Positions 35,630 to 45,672 of a stretch of DNA of 64,000 bases are shown here, piece after piece. Position 1 is the stretch's first letter, and each line of letters begins with the position of its first letter. The stretch spans positions 19,640 through 83,639 of the forward strand of contig CAVOMZ010000016.1 in the NCBI GenBank assembly GCA_963697135.1. Reading direction: 5' to 3'. The DNA comes from an uncultured Chloroflexia bacterium (GTDB lineage: Bacteria > Chloroflexota > Limnocylindria > Limnocylindrales > CSP1-4). The position numbers and the translations under genes are program-made. Under the pieces are notes generated by a model, which worked only from the letters and a program-made list of their open reading frames with translations, did not search any database and was not told the origin of the DNA.

Positions 35630-35992
35630 GGTGGTATCTCCTCGTGGTCGATTTGAGAGCCGCGGTAGCCGGACTGGGGTCGCGAGTGTAACACCGGAGA
35701 CGGCCGCCTGGGATCTTGCCACGAGATTAACACTGGATTGGCACGGGATTTCTACGGAGGATGGGTGATAGGGGGTGGGGTCCGGGTGTCTGTATGCTCG
35801 ACCGAGGCAGGAATGCCTCGGCTACGGTGTTCGGTGGGTTGGCGATGGTTCGACGGACAAGCTGGAGCGTGGTCGGACGATGCGAGATGCGACTTGCGCA
35901 GCATGCTGCGCGGCTACAGGTGGCCGACGGAGCTTCCCGATGGGAAGCGTGTGTTAGTCGCGTGGCTTAAGGCGGCGAGCTCGAGGGAAGGA

Positions 35993-36033
35993 GAAGAGGC
36001 CGGCTCCCTCTGGTGCCGGCCTCTTTGTTGTTT
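35993..36033 (-). terminator. terminator hairpin after the RRM protein gene (possibly bidirectional)
   Basis: AGAGGCCGGC...GCCGGCCTCT stem. TTTGTTGTTT follows on the plus side and TTCTCCTTCCC on the minus side. It begins about 40 nt downstream of the stop at 36072. Confidence 0.55.
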
Positions 36034-36071
36034 CGCTTGTTAGCGTGCAGCTTGGGCTGTGTCCGGACGGC

Positions 36072-36425
36072 TTACCAGCGGTTGCCGCCGCCACCACCGC
36101 CGCGGCCGCCGGAGCTGTAGCCGCCACCACCACCGCCGCCGTAGCCACCGCCGCGGTTGCCACCGCCGCCGGAGCTGCGCTCTTCACGAGGACGAGCCTC
36201 GTTGACGGTCAGGGTGCGGCCCTGGAGCTGGGTGCCGTTGAGGCCGGCAATTGCTGCCTGCGCCTCGGTCTGGTTCGACATCTCGACGAAGCCGAAGCCG
36301 CGGGCACGCCCGGTGTCGCGGTCGGTTGCGATGCGAGCAGTGGAGACGGCGCCGTAGGTGGCAAATGCCGCCTGGAGGTCGCTCTCGCTGGTGTCAAAGC
36401 TAAGGTTGCCTACATAAATGTTCAA
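36072..36425 (-). CDS. RRM-type RNA-binding protein with Gly/Arg-rich tail
   Basis: RNP2 NIYVGNLSF and RNP1 RGFGFVEM, with a C-terminal GGGNRGGGYGGGGGGGY tail. The likely start is TTG 36425, giving (M)NIYVGNL. ORF 36072..36464 in the track has an implausible N-terminal extension. Confidence 0.85.
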   Translation of the reverse strand: MNIYVGNLSFDTSESDLQAAFATYGAVSTARIATDRDTGRARGFGFVEMSNQTEAQAAIAGLNGTQLQGRTLTVNEARPREERSSGGGGNRGGGYGGGGGGGYSSGGRGGGGGGNRW

Positions 36426-36692
36426 AGATTCTCTTCTCTCACTAGCCCCAACGTTTGGGGGCACTTACCGGTACCGATTTCGGAGACCAGGGGCATCAAC
36501 GAGGTCCCGGGAGAGACGTAAAACAACGACTGAGTCCGGAAAATTCGCGTGGCTTGGGTCTTGTCGGTCAGCAGCTCGCGGGCCTGCAAGAGGGGTGCAA
36601 TCGAGGAGCTACGCTTTCACTCTAACACGAACTGAATCGGCACGCCCGGCGCTAAATGTCGCAGAGACGCATAAATTCAGGCCTTTGGTGTC

Positions 36693-37568
36693 TTAATTAT
36701 GGATCTGTACCGGCGTGCCGGCGTCTGCGAAGAGCCAGAGATACTGCGCTTCGTGCAGCTCCAAGCCGACGCAGCCGTGGCTTGTGGCCATCTTGCCGAA
36801 GACCGAATGCGGACGCCAGTAGTTGAGGTGCAGTGCATCGCCGTGCTGGTCGAAGTACTGCGTGTAGAGCACGCGCTCGACATCGTACTGGGCCTGGGAG
36901 GGGTCGAAGCCGGCCTGGGTGGCCGTCATCTTCTCGACGGCGACGCGGCCATCCGGCTGTACGGCGAAGTCGCCCGTCGGCGTGACAAAGGGTGATTGGC
37001 CGCTGCTCATCGGTGCGGTGAAGACGACCTTGTCGTCGACCATGGCTTTCGCGGTCTGGGTCTTGAGGTTGACATCGATCCACTTCTTGGCGCCGGCGGG
37101 CACGGGGGCAATTGGTGAAGTTTCGCCCGGCTGGAGGATGAAGACGAAGGCGCCGTAGACGTAGGTGCCGTCCGCCAGCTTGAACCATTCGGTGGCCCAG
37201 CTCGGGAAGGCCGTGACCCACGTCTGTGAGCCGACGAGCCAGTTCTCACCTTGGACACGGGCTGCGATCTGGACCTGCTGGCGGTCTGCCAGGAAGCCCT
37301 GCATCTCCGACTGCGACGATGGCCCGCTACGGGTGCGCAGCTCGCCGCCGATGACGATGGCGCTGCCGCTGCTTAGATTCACGATCGGCGTGGCCGTTGG
37401 CACCGGCGTCGGCGTGGGCTTGCCGGGCGTGGCCGTGGGAGGGAATTTGGTCGGCGAAGGGATCGGCGTCTCGGTCTCGGGCGGGACTGGGGGGCCCGGC
37501 GTCAGGTCGCAGGCCGAGACCAGGAGCAGGCAGGTGATCGCGAGCAAGACGGGGACAATGCGATTCAC
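36693..37568 (-). CDS. L,D-transpeptidase (YkuD) with N-terminal lipoprotein signal and SH3-like domain
   Basis: Signal/lipobox LLLVSAC. The YkuD catalytic motif HSVFGKMATSHGCVGL is near the C-terminus. Confidence 0.85.
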   Translation of the reverse strand: MNRIVPVLLAITCLLLVSACDLTPGPPVPPETETPIPSPTKFPPTATPGKPTPTPVPTATPIVNLSSGSAIVIGGELRTRSGPSSQSEMQGFLADRQQVQIAARVQGENWLVGSQTWVTAFPSWATEWFKLADGTYVYGAFVFILQPGETSPIAPVPAGAKKWIDVNLKTQTAKAMVDDKVVFTAPMSSGQSPFVTPTGDFAVQPDGRVAVEKMTATQAGFDPSQAQYDVERVLYTQYFDQHGDALHLNYWRPHSVFGKMATSHGCVGLELHEAQYLWLFADAGTPVQIHN

Positions 37569-37737
37569 ATAACTATGTTACGCAGGTCTGAGGCTGGATG
37601 GGCTATCGCTGCGCCATCGTATTTCTACCGCGGCAGCGATTTCAGGCATCCTGAGCAGCCAGGCGCTGGGCTGGCAAATGGCCTTCGATTGTGTTCCTCT
37701 GGTTACGCCGAAACGGCTAGTCGAAAGAGGGGCAGCG

Positions 37738-38712
37738 ATGAATGAGGTTATGAGGCACTTCGGTGGGGTTTCTTTCGCCACGATCCACGGGTCGAAGGAG
37801 CCGGAGCCACCCGACGTGTTGCAGGCCGACTGGAGCTACCGTCTGGCGCTGGTGGTCAAGAACAAGACGAACCCGGCCTACATCTCCGCCATGAAAGCCG
37901 CGGACGACGTTGCTGCCCGTTTCGGCATCGAGGTTGCTCACTTTGTGCCGGAGGTCGCCGACGACCTGGCGGAGCAGAGCGCGCTCATGCAGTCGATCAT
38001 CGAAAGCGGCGACTATCAGGGCATGGTGTTCACGCCGGTCGACACGGAGGCCCAGGTGCCTCTGATCGAAGCTGCAAACCGAGCCGGGCTGCCGCTGTAC
38101 AACTTCAGCAACCAGATCGCGGGCGGCGAGCTTGTGACCTTCGTCGGTAGCGACGACGTGGCTATCGGCCGCGAGATCATCGGCTGGCTGGCCAACGCCG
38201 CCGGCGGCCGGGCACGGATAATTGTCCTGGACGGCTCTCCCGGCACGCCGACAGCCCGCGACCGGCTGCAGGGCGTCCACGAGGCCCTGCAGCACCACAG
38301 TGGCCTCGAAGTCCTCGCCGAGGCTCCCGCCTTCTACGACCGGGGCCGCGCCGCTGAGATCACGGCGCAGCTGCTTGGCCAGCATTCGGACGCCGATGCC
38401 ATTGTGGCGCTGAACGATGAGATGGCGCTGGGGGCAGCGCAGGCTGTTGCCGCGGCCGGCAGAGCCGGCGCGGTGCGCATTACAGGCGTTAACGGCACGC
38501 CCGCGGGCCTCCTTGCACTGAGGGACGGCGTCATTGCGGCGACGGTCGACTACGCGTTGTACGCCATGGCCGGACTCTCGGTAGAGCTGGCAATCAGGCA
38601 TCTCAACGGCGAGCGCATACCGCACCAATCGCAGCTCTTGCCGGCTCCGGTTATCGATGCGAACAATGTGGCGGCGGTGATTGAGGAGCGGCAGCGCTGG
38701 GGGATCATGTAA
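37738..38712 (+). CDS. periplasmic-binding-protein (sugar-binding/LacI-core type) domain protein without signal peptide or HTH
   Basis: Peripla_BP-like pattern (LALVVKNKTNPAYISAMKAA..., VTFVGSDDVAIGREI, IVALNDEMALGAAQAV). The start is ATG 37738 or 37678. Neither start gives a hydrophobic signal or a DNA-binding domain. Confidence 0.55.
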   Translation: MNEVMRHFGGVSFATIHGSKEPEPPDVLQADWSYRLALVVKNKTNPAYISAMKAADDVAARFGIEVAHFVPEVADDLAEQSALMQSIIESGDYQGMVFTPVDTEAQVPLIEAANRAGLPLYNFSNQIAGGELVTFVGSDDVAIGREIIGWLANAAGGRARIIVLDGSPGTPTARDRLQGVHEALQHHSGLEVLAEAPAFYDRGRAAEITAQLLGQHSDADAIVALNDEMALGAAQAVAAAGRAGAVRITGVNGTPAGLLALRDGVIAATVDYALYAMAGLSVELAIRHLNGERIPHQSQLLPAPVIDANNVAAVIEERQRWGIM

Positions 38713-38837
38713 GGTCTGCTATGGGCTGGCCGTGCAGAGAGCTGGCTCTCTCCCTGTCAACAACTTCCGTGGTAACTACAGCTAGGGTGAGGGCATCCTG
38801 GCGTCCGTTTGTGATTCTCCGGCGGAAGATTTGGCGC

Positions 38838-38885
38838 GCCCTCACCCGCCCTAACGGGCACCCTCTCCCCTGCGGGGAGAGGGGA
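38838..38885. repeat. family D hairpin
   Basis: GCCCTCACCCGCCCTAACGGGCACCCTCTCCCCTGCGGGGAGAGGGGA. Confidence 0.7.
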
Positions 38886-38917
38886 AAGCAGGGTAACTCA
38901 CGTTTTGGGAGGGCAGC

Positions 38918-40465
38918 TTAGCCGGCGGTCTCTGCGTCGGCGGTTTCGCGCACGACGGGGCGGCGTGAGGTAGGTGGCAGGACGGCACTGAGGCGGCCGC
39001 GCGGCACGAAGTTGACGACGGCGAGGCAGAGGCAGGACGCCGCGAAGACGACGAGGAACACCTCGTGAAGTGTCGCCGCAAGGGCATGTTGCATGGCCTG
39101 AAGGACTTCGGCGGGTAGCTGGTCGCGGGTGGAGGCGCGCAGGAGGAGCTCGGCTTTTCGGCCCTCGGGGATGCCGTCGATGCCCTCGAGGCGGCCCTCC
39201 ATGCGCGAGTTGAGCAACGAGCCCATGATCGCGACGCTGATGCTGCCGCCGATGGTGCGGAAGAACTGGCTTGTGGCGGTGGCGACTCCTCGCTGACCCC
39301 ACTCAACCGAGTTCTGGACGGCGATGACCGTCGAGTTGGTTATGAGGCCCATGCCTATGCCCATGATGAGGCCGGCCATAGCAGCGATCAGAATCGTATT
39401 GGCGTCGCTTTGCAAAAGCAGCAGACCGGAGCCGACAAAGAGGAAGATGCCGCCGGCTAGCGATGCCGGGAAGAAGCCAAACCGGATGATTACGCGTCCG
39501 GAGACGATGGAGCCGAGGATCCAGCTAACTGACATCGGTGCGATAACGAGGCCGGCCTCAGTCGCGGAGCCGCCGAAAACACCCTGCTTGAACAACGGCA
39601 CGTAAGCTGAGACGCCGAAAGAGAGCCCGCCGGCGAGGAAAATCGCCAGGTAGGAGACCACGATCACGCGGCTCTTAAACAGGGACAGCGCAATCACCGG
39701 CTCCGGCGCGCGCTGCTCCTGATAGATAAAGACGGCGAGTAGCAGCGCGGATAGGCCCAAAGCGGCGAAGGTCTGGCCACTGGCCCAGCCCGACTGCGGC
39801 CCGAACTGTAGCAACACCAGCAGGAACGAAACCACTGATCCCGCAAGTAGGGCCGCTCCCCAGTAATCGAGGATTGCAGCGCGCTTCTCGGTGCGCTCGA
39901 CATAATGGATCGTGATCAGGAAGAGGCAGGCGATGCCCACGGGCAGGTTGACGTAGAACACCCAGCGCCAGCTCAGGCTGTCGGTGATGATGCCGCCGAG
40001 CAGGGGGCCGGCGATGGCCGTGACGCCCCAGACGCCGCTGAAGAAGCCCTGAATCTTGGCGCGCTGCTCGATCGAGAAAGTGTCGCCGACGATCGTCTGG
40101 GTGATCGGCAGCACGCCGCCGGCGCCGAGGCCCTGGATGGCGCGACAGACGATGAGCATCTCCATGCTCTGAGCTAACCCACAGAGCGCGGAGCCAAAGA
40201 GAAAGAGCGAGATGCCGAAGAGCAGGATGCGCTTGCGGCCGTAGAGGTCCGCCAGCTTGCCGTAGATCGGCACCGTCATGGTCGAGGTCAGCAAGTAGAC
40301 GGAGAAGACCCAGCTAAACAGCCTGAGCCCGCCGAGGCTGCCGACGATGGTGGGCAGCGCGGTATTGACGATGGACGTGTCCATGGCCGTTAGCGAGACG
40401 GCCATCAGCAGTGGAATGACGAGAAGCAGCGTCTTGCGTCGGGAACTCGTGGCTTCCTGGGTCAT
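38918..40465 (-). CDS. MFS transporter, DHA2 (EmrB/QacA, 14-TMS) family
   Basis: 515 aa. MDTSIVNTALPTIV and GKLADLYGRKRILL motifs; about 14 hydrophobic segments. Confidence 0.85.
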   Translation of the reverse strand: MTQEATSSRRKTLLLVIPLLMAVSLTAMDTSIVNTALPTIVGSLGGLRLFSWVFSVYLLTSTMTVPIYGKLADLYGRKRILLFGISLFLFGSALCGLAQSMEMLIVCRAIQGLGAGGVLPITQTIVGDTFSIEQRAKIQGFFSGVWGVTAIAGPLLGGIITDSLSWRWVFYVNLPVGIACLFLITIHYVERTEKRAAILDYWGAALLAGSVVSFLLVLLQFGPQSGWASGQTFAALGLSALLLAVFIYQEQRAPEPVIALSLFKSRVIVVSYLAIFLAGGLSFGVSAYVPLFKQGVFGGSATEAGLVIAPMSVSWILGSIVSGRVIIRFGFFPASLAGGIFLFVGSGLLLLQSDANTILIAAMAGLIMGIGMGLITNSTVIAVQNSVEWGQRGVATATSQFFRTIGGSISVAIMGSLLNSRMEGRLEGIDGIPEGRKAELLLRASTRDQLPAEVLQAMQHALAATLHEVFLVVFAASCLCLAVVNFVPRGRLSAVLPPTSRRPVVRETADAETAG

Positions 40466-40619
40466 GCGCCTGGCCTGGCCGATACGTTCTGCAAATTCAC
40501 GTAGCGGTGATGATAACCCAACCGGATGTGGGATGGGTGGTGGGAATTAGGGGTGAGATCGGCGGGCGCCGAGTGGAGGCAAGGGATGGTCGCATCCGTG
40601 GTAGATGAAAGCGTAGGCC

Positions 40620-40653
40620 GCCTCACCCTGCCCTCTCCATTGTGATGGGAGGG
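40620..40653. repeat. family D hairpin
   Basis: GCCTCACCCTGCCCTCTCCATTGTGATGGGAGGG. An inverted relative lies at 22787-22825. Confidence 0.7.
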
Positions 40654-40731
40654 TTCGAGGTTGCTTGTTGGAATGCCGGCGGCCTTCGTGGAGTCCGCGG
40701 ATGGCCGGAATTGCGTTGCTGTTGTTCGTGC

Positions 40732-42189
40732 TCACCCGCCGCCAGCAGCAACCAGCTCTGCCTCGCGTTCCTGGGCTCTGCGCTCTTGCCGGCGCTGCCA
40801 GGCGGTGTCCGGGACGAGGAAGATCCACAGCGTGGCGAGCACGATAGTGCAGCCGAGGCCGAGGAAGATGTAGTGCATGCCATCCACCTTGTTGCTGAAG
40901 CGGCTGAGGACGAGCGTGACGAGGGTTGTGCCGAGTACGGCGCCGGAGTTGCCGAACATGGCCCGCAGGCCCGCGATACCGGCTATGCGCTCCGGGATCA
41001 GGTCGAGGGCGGCGTTGTTCGAAGGCGGCCCTGAGAGCCCGATGCCAAAGCCGGCGACGCACATTAGTGATGACAGCAGGAGGAAGTTGGGGATGGCCAC
41101 GCCGAGGATGGTGATGTCTGAGAGGCCGAAGCTGGTGGCAAAGACGGCCGCGGCGAAGAGGAGGTTGCCGGTCAGCCAGGGCCGCCGATAGCCCAGCGTG
41201 ACGATGAGGAAGCTGCCGGCGAGCGACACGATGATCGCGGTGAGGGATCGCGGCGTGAGGAAGGCTCCCGCCTGCGTAGCGGTCATGCCATAGGCGATGG
41301 TGGCGTAATAGGGCATGAAGTTGAAGAAGCCGTTGAACGACGCCGATCCCATGAAGATCTGCATGTTGGCCCCGAGCATCGGCTTCCAGCTCAGGAGCCG
41401 CATGTCGATCACCGGCTCCTCGGCATGGAGCTCCTGCCGCACCAGCATCGCCAGCAGGACGACTGCTACCGCAATCGAGAGCCAGGGCATCGGGTTGTCG
41501 AGATGGTCCGGGTGGCTGGCGAGGTAGGTGAGGCCGAAGAGCAGCGTGAAGATGCCGCTCGCGAACAGGGCCATACCGGTGTAGTCGAAGGGCTTGGAGG
41601 GCTCCTGGCTACGAGGCAGATCGCGCGGCAGGAAGCGCAGACCGAGCAGCAGGATCGCCGCGCCAACAGGCAGGTTGACGAAGAAGATCCAGCGCCAGGA
41701 GAGGTGGTCGGTGATCAGGCCACCAACGTTGGGCCCGATGACGCTGCCAAGCTGAAACGTCGTCGCTACAAGACCGATTGGTGTCTGGCGGTTTTCCTTG
41801 AAGACATCGCCGATGACGCCGGCGACGGAGGGGAAGAACATGCCGCCGCCCATGCCCTGCAGGACGCGAAAGACGATCAGCGCATAGATGTTGGGGGAGA
41901 GTCCGGCGCCGACAGAGCCGAGGGTGAAAATCAAGACGGCCATAAGAAAGACGCGCTTGCGGCCCCACTTGTCGGCAAGCTTGCCGGCCAGAGGCAGCGA
42001 GATGGTCTGGGTGAGCTGGTAGCTGGTGATGGTCCAGCTCAGCAGCGCCAGGCCCACGTCGAGCTCGCGCAGCATCGCGGGCAGGGCAACGGCGACGATG
42101 GTGCCGTCTATCGAGGCCATGAGCAGGCCCGCTGCCACGATGGCAAAGATCAAGTAGCTACGGAAGACGCTCAGCCGTTCGCTCGCCAA
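40732..42189 (-). CDS. MFS transporter, DHA2 family
   Basis: MASIDGTIVAVALPAM and GKLADKWGRKRVFL motifs. I place the start at TTG 42189 ((M)ASERLSVFRSYLIF) with AAGGG upstream. The 630-aa ORF in the track extends across repeat DNA. Confidence 0.8.
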   Translation of the reverse strand: MASERLSVFRSYLIFAIVAAGLLMASIDGTIVAVALPAMLRELDVGLALLSWTITSYQLTQTISLPLAGKLADKWGRKRVFLMAVLIFTLGSVGAGLSPNIYALIVFRVLQGMGGGMFFPSVAGVIGDVFKENRQTPIGLVATTFQLGSVIGPNVGGLITDHLSWRWIFFVNLPVGAAILLLGLRFLPRDLPRSQEPSKPFDYTGMALFASGIFTLLFGLTYLASHPDHLDNPMPWLSIAVAVVLLAMLVRQELHAEEPVIDMRLLSWKPMLGANMQIFMGSASFNGFFNFMPYYATIAYGMTATQAGAFLTPRSLTAIIVSLAGSFLIVTLGYRRPWLTGNLLFAAAVFATSFGLSDITILGVAIPNFLLLSSLMCVAGFGIGLSGPPSNNAALDLIPERIAGIAGLRAMFGNSGAVLGTTLVTLVLSRFSNKVDGMHYIFLGLGCTIVLATLWIFLVPDTAWQRRQERRAQEREAELVAAGGG

Positions 42190-42472
42190 ACGGAGACCCT
42201 TGCTCGCTAAAGCCGGCTGCAGTAGCCGGCTTGTACGCAAGACTATGCGCGAAACGGGCGCCGGTGAACAGCCGGGCAAGTTGGCAAGGCGTGTCTCCCG
42301 CGCCAGCCCCCACTCCTGACCAGTGCGGCGTCCTACCGGACGCAAGGCGGTGAAGCATGCGAAGACGGGACTTTGTCCCCGGGGTTGCTTCGCTGGCGCC
42401 CGCAATGACAAAGAGGAGGGACGTTCGGCGTCTTGCTGTATGGCTCTGCGATTGGCGTGAGGAGCTTCGGCG

Positions 42473-43270
42473 TTGCAAGAATCGATGAGTGGAGTCGAAG
42501 GGCGCAGAGGGGTTGAGGACATGGCGGTAGCTCTCGGGGAGGCGGCAGAGGCTCCGCGTCGGGGGATCTGGCGCGCTGTCTCCTTTCTGCTGAACTTCCG
42601 CGTGGCGATAGTCATCGTGACCATCTTCGTGGCGACAAACCTGTTCCTGGCGACGCTGTCCTTCGATGACCAGACATCGATCCATAGGTACGTCGGCTGG
42701 GACCAATCGACGCTCGAAGCGGGGCGCTACTGGCGACAACTGCCGGGCACGCTGATGCAGGGCTACGCGGACATGAAGTGGCACCAGCCCGTGATCATGC
42801 TGTTCTTCCTCTGCCTGCTGGAGTATCAGGCGGGGCATCTGGCGGCGCTGGTGACGTTCTTCCTGTCTGACTGGCTGACGGCGCCCCTCGTAACTCTGGC
42901 GCTCTGGGGCTTGAGCGCGCTGCATTTCGGCGATGCGACTGTAATCCTGCATGACCCCAGCTCAGGAGCTTCGGCGGCGTCCATCGGATGCGGCATCGCT
43001 GCGGCCCTGCTGCTGCCGGGGCGCCTGAAGTGGATTGCGCCGGCGATCATCCTCACGGCCGTGATCCTGACGGCGACGTTGCAGCGCATGGACGCGGCCC
43101 TTGCCCACCCAGCGGCGATCTTCGCCGGCGCGGCGCTAAGCCTTGTGTGGTGGCGGCATCTGCCGGGACGCCGCTGTCTGGTCCCAGCTTCGTTTGGGAG
43201 ATCCGGTGGCGTCTTGGGCTGGCTGATGGGGACGCAAGAGCTGCAGAAGCCAACCATCGGGACGCTGTAG
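42473..43270 (+). CDS. polytopic membrane protein, possibly rhomboid-like
   Basis: 265 aa with 5-6 hydrophobic segments. YWRQLPGTLMQ...H, SSGASAASIGCG and AHPAAIFAGAAL loosely resemble the rhomboid WR, GxSG and AHxxG motifs. Weak call. Confidence 0.3.
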   Translation: MQESMSGVEGRRGVEDMAVALGEAAEAPRRGIWRAVSFLLNFRVAIVIVTIFVATNLFLATLSFDDQTSIHRYVGWDQSTLEAGRYWRQLPGTLMQGYADMKWHQPVIMLFFLCLLEYQAGHLAALVTFFLSDWLTAPLVTLALWGLSALHFGDATVILHDPSSGASAASIGCGIAAALLLPGRLKWIAPAIILTAVILTATLQRMDAALAHPAAIFAGAALSLVWWRHLPGRRCLVPASFGRSGGVLGWLMGTQELQKPTIGTL

Positions 43271-43281
43271 CTGCAGGCCGG

Positions 43282-43312
43282 CACCCACCCAACCTCTCCC
43301 AGAGGGAGAGGA
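43282..43312. repeat. family D hairpin between convergent genes
   Basis: CACCCACCCAACCTCTCCCAGAGGGAGAGGA. It begins 12 nt after stop 43270. Confidence 0.65.
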
Positions 43313-43372
43313 CTCTAGCTCCTTCGGCTTCTCGTTCGATCCTGACTGGAGACAGTAGTTCGGATTTGGTAC

Positions 43373-44281
43373 TTAGTCTTCGTCCTCGGTAGTGCCGCCG
43401 GTGCGGAAGAGGCGCTCGACCTCTTCGAGGATCTCCTGGCCGGTCGGCAGGTCGGCGGGCTCTTCTCCTGGTGCGGTGAGGAAGTCCATGCGGGCGGCGC
43501 TGGCGTCATAGCGCTTTTCGAGCTCCGCGATTGCCGTCTTGGTCTCCGAGTTGCCGGCGACGCCGTCATCGATGGCCCTGACCTGGTCGCGCGCCTCTTT
43601 CTCGAAGCGGGCGCGGCTGGTCTGGATGCCCAGGGCACGGTCGAAGAGCTTGATCAGGGAGAGCGTCGCCTGGGCGTTGGGCATGCGCGGGAAGTAATTA
43701 GGCTGCAGGATGCTGAGGTCGACAATGCGCCAGCGTTGCGACTGCACCTTGGCTGCCAGTACGCCGGCGATGTCAGTGGGACCTTCGTACTTGCGGCCGC
43801 GCGATTGTACGCCGAACTGCAGCTCTAGCTCGATGTCGGAGGAGTTGATCATGACGGGCGCAGGTCTCGTGTGCGGCACATCGCTGGGGAAGGAGCGCAG
43901 GCTGATCAGCGTCTTGACGCCCAATCCCTCCGCGTAGGACGAGATCATGTCGATAAAGCGCGGCCAGAAGAAGTTGGGCTCGAAGCCGATGAGCAGGAGC
44001 AGGTCCTGCTTCGCCCCGGGCGGGCTCGCCAGGTAGATCTTGATCTCGGGCCAGGTCACGGCGAGCTTCTCTCCGCCGATGTTGATGTCAGGACGGCGCA
44101 CAGTCAGGTCCAGATACTCATCGGGGTCGATGGCCGCGACCAGCTCTGCGCCCCAGGCGTCGGCGATGCGGCGCAAGGAGCGGCCGGCGGTCCTGCCACC
44201 CTGGCGGCGAATGCCGATGCCGGTGATGAGGATGGGATCCCTCAGTGGTGGCCGGCTCTTCAGGTCTACGATCTCTCGCAT
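43373..44281 (-). CDS. PAC2 (proteasome assembly chaperone 2-like) family protein
   Basis: 302 aa. The pattern (LRDPILITG..., LLLLIGFEPNFFW, YEGPTDIAGVL) with an acidic coiled C-terminus matches my recollection of bacterial PAC2/PF09754 proteins. Confidence 0.6.
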   Translation of the reverse strand: MREIVDLKSRPPLRDPILITGIGIRRQGGRTAGRSLRRIADAWGAELVAAIDPDEYLDLTVRRPDINIGGEKLAVTWPEIKIYLASPPGAKQDLLLLIGFEPNFFWPRFIDMISSYAEGLGVKTLISLRSFPSDVPHTRPAPVMINSSDIELELQFGVQSRGRKYEGPTDIAGVLAAKVQSQRWRIVDLSILQPNYFPRMPNAQATLSLIKLFDRALGIQTSRARFEKEARDQVRAIDDGVAGNSETKTAIAELEKRYDASAARMDFLTAPGEEPADLPTGQEILEEVERLFRTGGTTEDED

Positions 44282-44350
44282 TGTCTCCTGATTATGACAC
44301 CTTGGACGCTTTGAGGCTGAGAGTCCGTGTGTCAGTTGATGCGATCTGCC

Positions 44351-45522
44351 CTAAGTCGGACGATGGTCGTGGCGGGCGTAGTGCTGGCGCAGGAGGTCCT
44401 GGCCGTAGTCGTTGCCGTTGGGCGTGCGCACCACGGTGTGGATGTGCTCGCGCGACGGCTCGTCCTGCTCGAGGGCGATGCCGCGCAGGTGGTCGAACTC
44501 GATAAGGATGACCGGGCTGTGGACGCGGTAGTAGAAGACGTCGTCGTCGCCGGTGCCGCCGATCCAGGCAAAGTAGGTCTCGTCCAGGTGCTTGTGGACG
44601 GCGTTCAGCCAGGCTTCGTCGTGGCCGGAGCGGAGGCGGCGTACGTAAGTCTCGATCAGCGACGTCGCGAGGTCCTTCTGCCCGGCCGAGAGGCTATCGA
44701 GGCGGAGGCCCTGGTAGTCGAGCTCGAAGTTGTCGCGGAAGGCAGCGCCGAGGACTTCGATGGGCAATTCGGCTCGACAGCACGGCAGAGCTCTTTTGCG
44801 GACGGTGTCAGGGCCTGCGCGAGCGCGAGGCCGCGGGCGTCCTCTTCGCCGAAGACGCTGACGCCGGCGTACTTGGTGCCGCTGGGCGCCGTGGTCGGCT
44901 CCGAGCCCATAAATACGGGCGAGAGCACAACCTGATCGCCGAGGACGAAGCAGTTGACGATGAGGTGGTGGCCATCGATCTGCCAACCCCATGGACCCTC
45001 GGCGGAGGGGTCGCCCATGATGCTGACCCAGTATGGCCACTCGCCGAACTCGATGTCGCGCCGGGTGATCTCGCGGATGGTCTCGTTGAGTTTCATGATG
45101 TTGCGCGCGGTCTCGAACCCGGCGGCGCTGAGGGTCTGACGCATGAGGTCGAGGCCTTTTTCGCGTTGGCCGGCGTTGAGGCCCTCTAGCGATACGCCGT
45201 GGCGCATGAGGAACATATGCACGTTGCTCCAGCGCCGCCAGGCGTCGGTGTCGACAGGGAAGGTAGCGTCTGCTGCCCGCGCGCCCAGCGATGCGAGGAA
45301 GGCACGGGCCGCCGTCACCATCGGCGCTGTCGAGACGCCGGTGCTCTCGATGGGGAAGAGGCCTGGGATGATCTGTCCACCAGCGGTGATGCCACCAAAG
45401 GGCTCCGCCACCGCCTGTTCGCCGGCAACGCGCATGCCGCGCGTACGCTCGTTAGTCTGCGATGAGAGGTCGCGGGCGGAAACAGCTTCTTTGATGCGAG
45501 GTCGAAGCGTTTGGGTGGTCAT
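44351..45522 (-). pseudogene. DUF3500 family protein, one frameshift
   Basis: ORF 44656..45522 (…WGWQIDGHHLIVNCFVLGDQVVLSPVFMGSEP…) continues in ORF 44351..45040 (…LPIEVLGAAFRDNFELDYQGL…YYRVHSPVILIEFDH…). The shift is near 44780. Confidence 0.6.
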
Positions 45523-45672
45523 GGTTGGCCTTCCTTAGTTTGCGAATCGGTAAGCGCGGGTGCGGCAGATGTGGCCGGCTTGCTGCGAGGATTCTACTGC
45601 AATGTCGGGCGCCTCAGGCTGGCCGGGAGAGCGCCCCTGCTGCGACAGAGATATTTGAGTGAGACTCCGAGG

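Noticed and set aside
42190-42624. N-terminal 145-aa extension of the second DHA2 MFS gene (630-aa ORF 40732..42624). Similar over-extensions occur in ORFs 52743..53174, 36072..36464, 58021..58836 and 9105..11072.
   Set aside because: The extensions cross repeat or intergenic sequence and have no homology-like features. Internal starts with Shine-Dalgarno sequences give proteins of canonical length.
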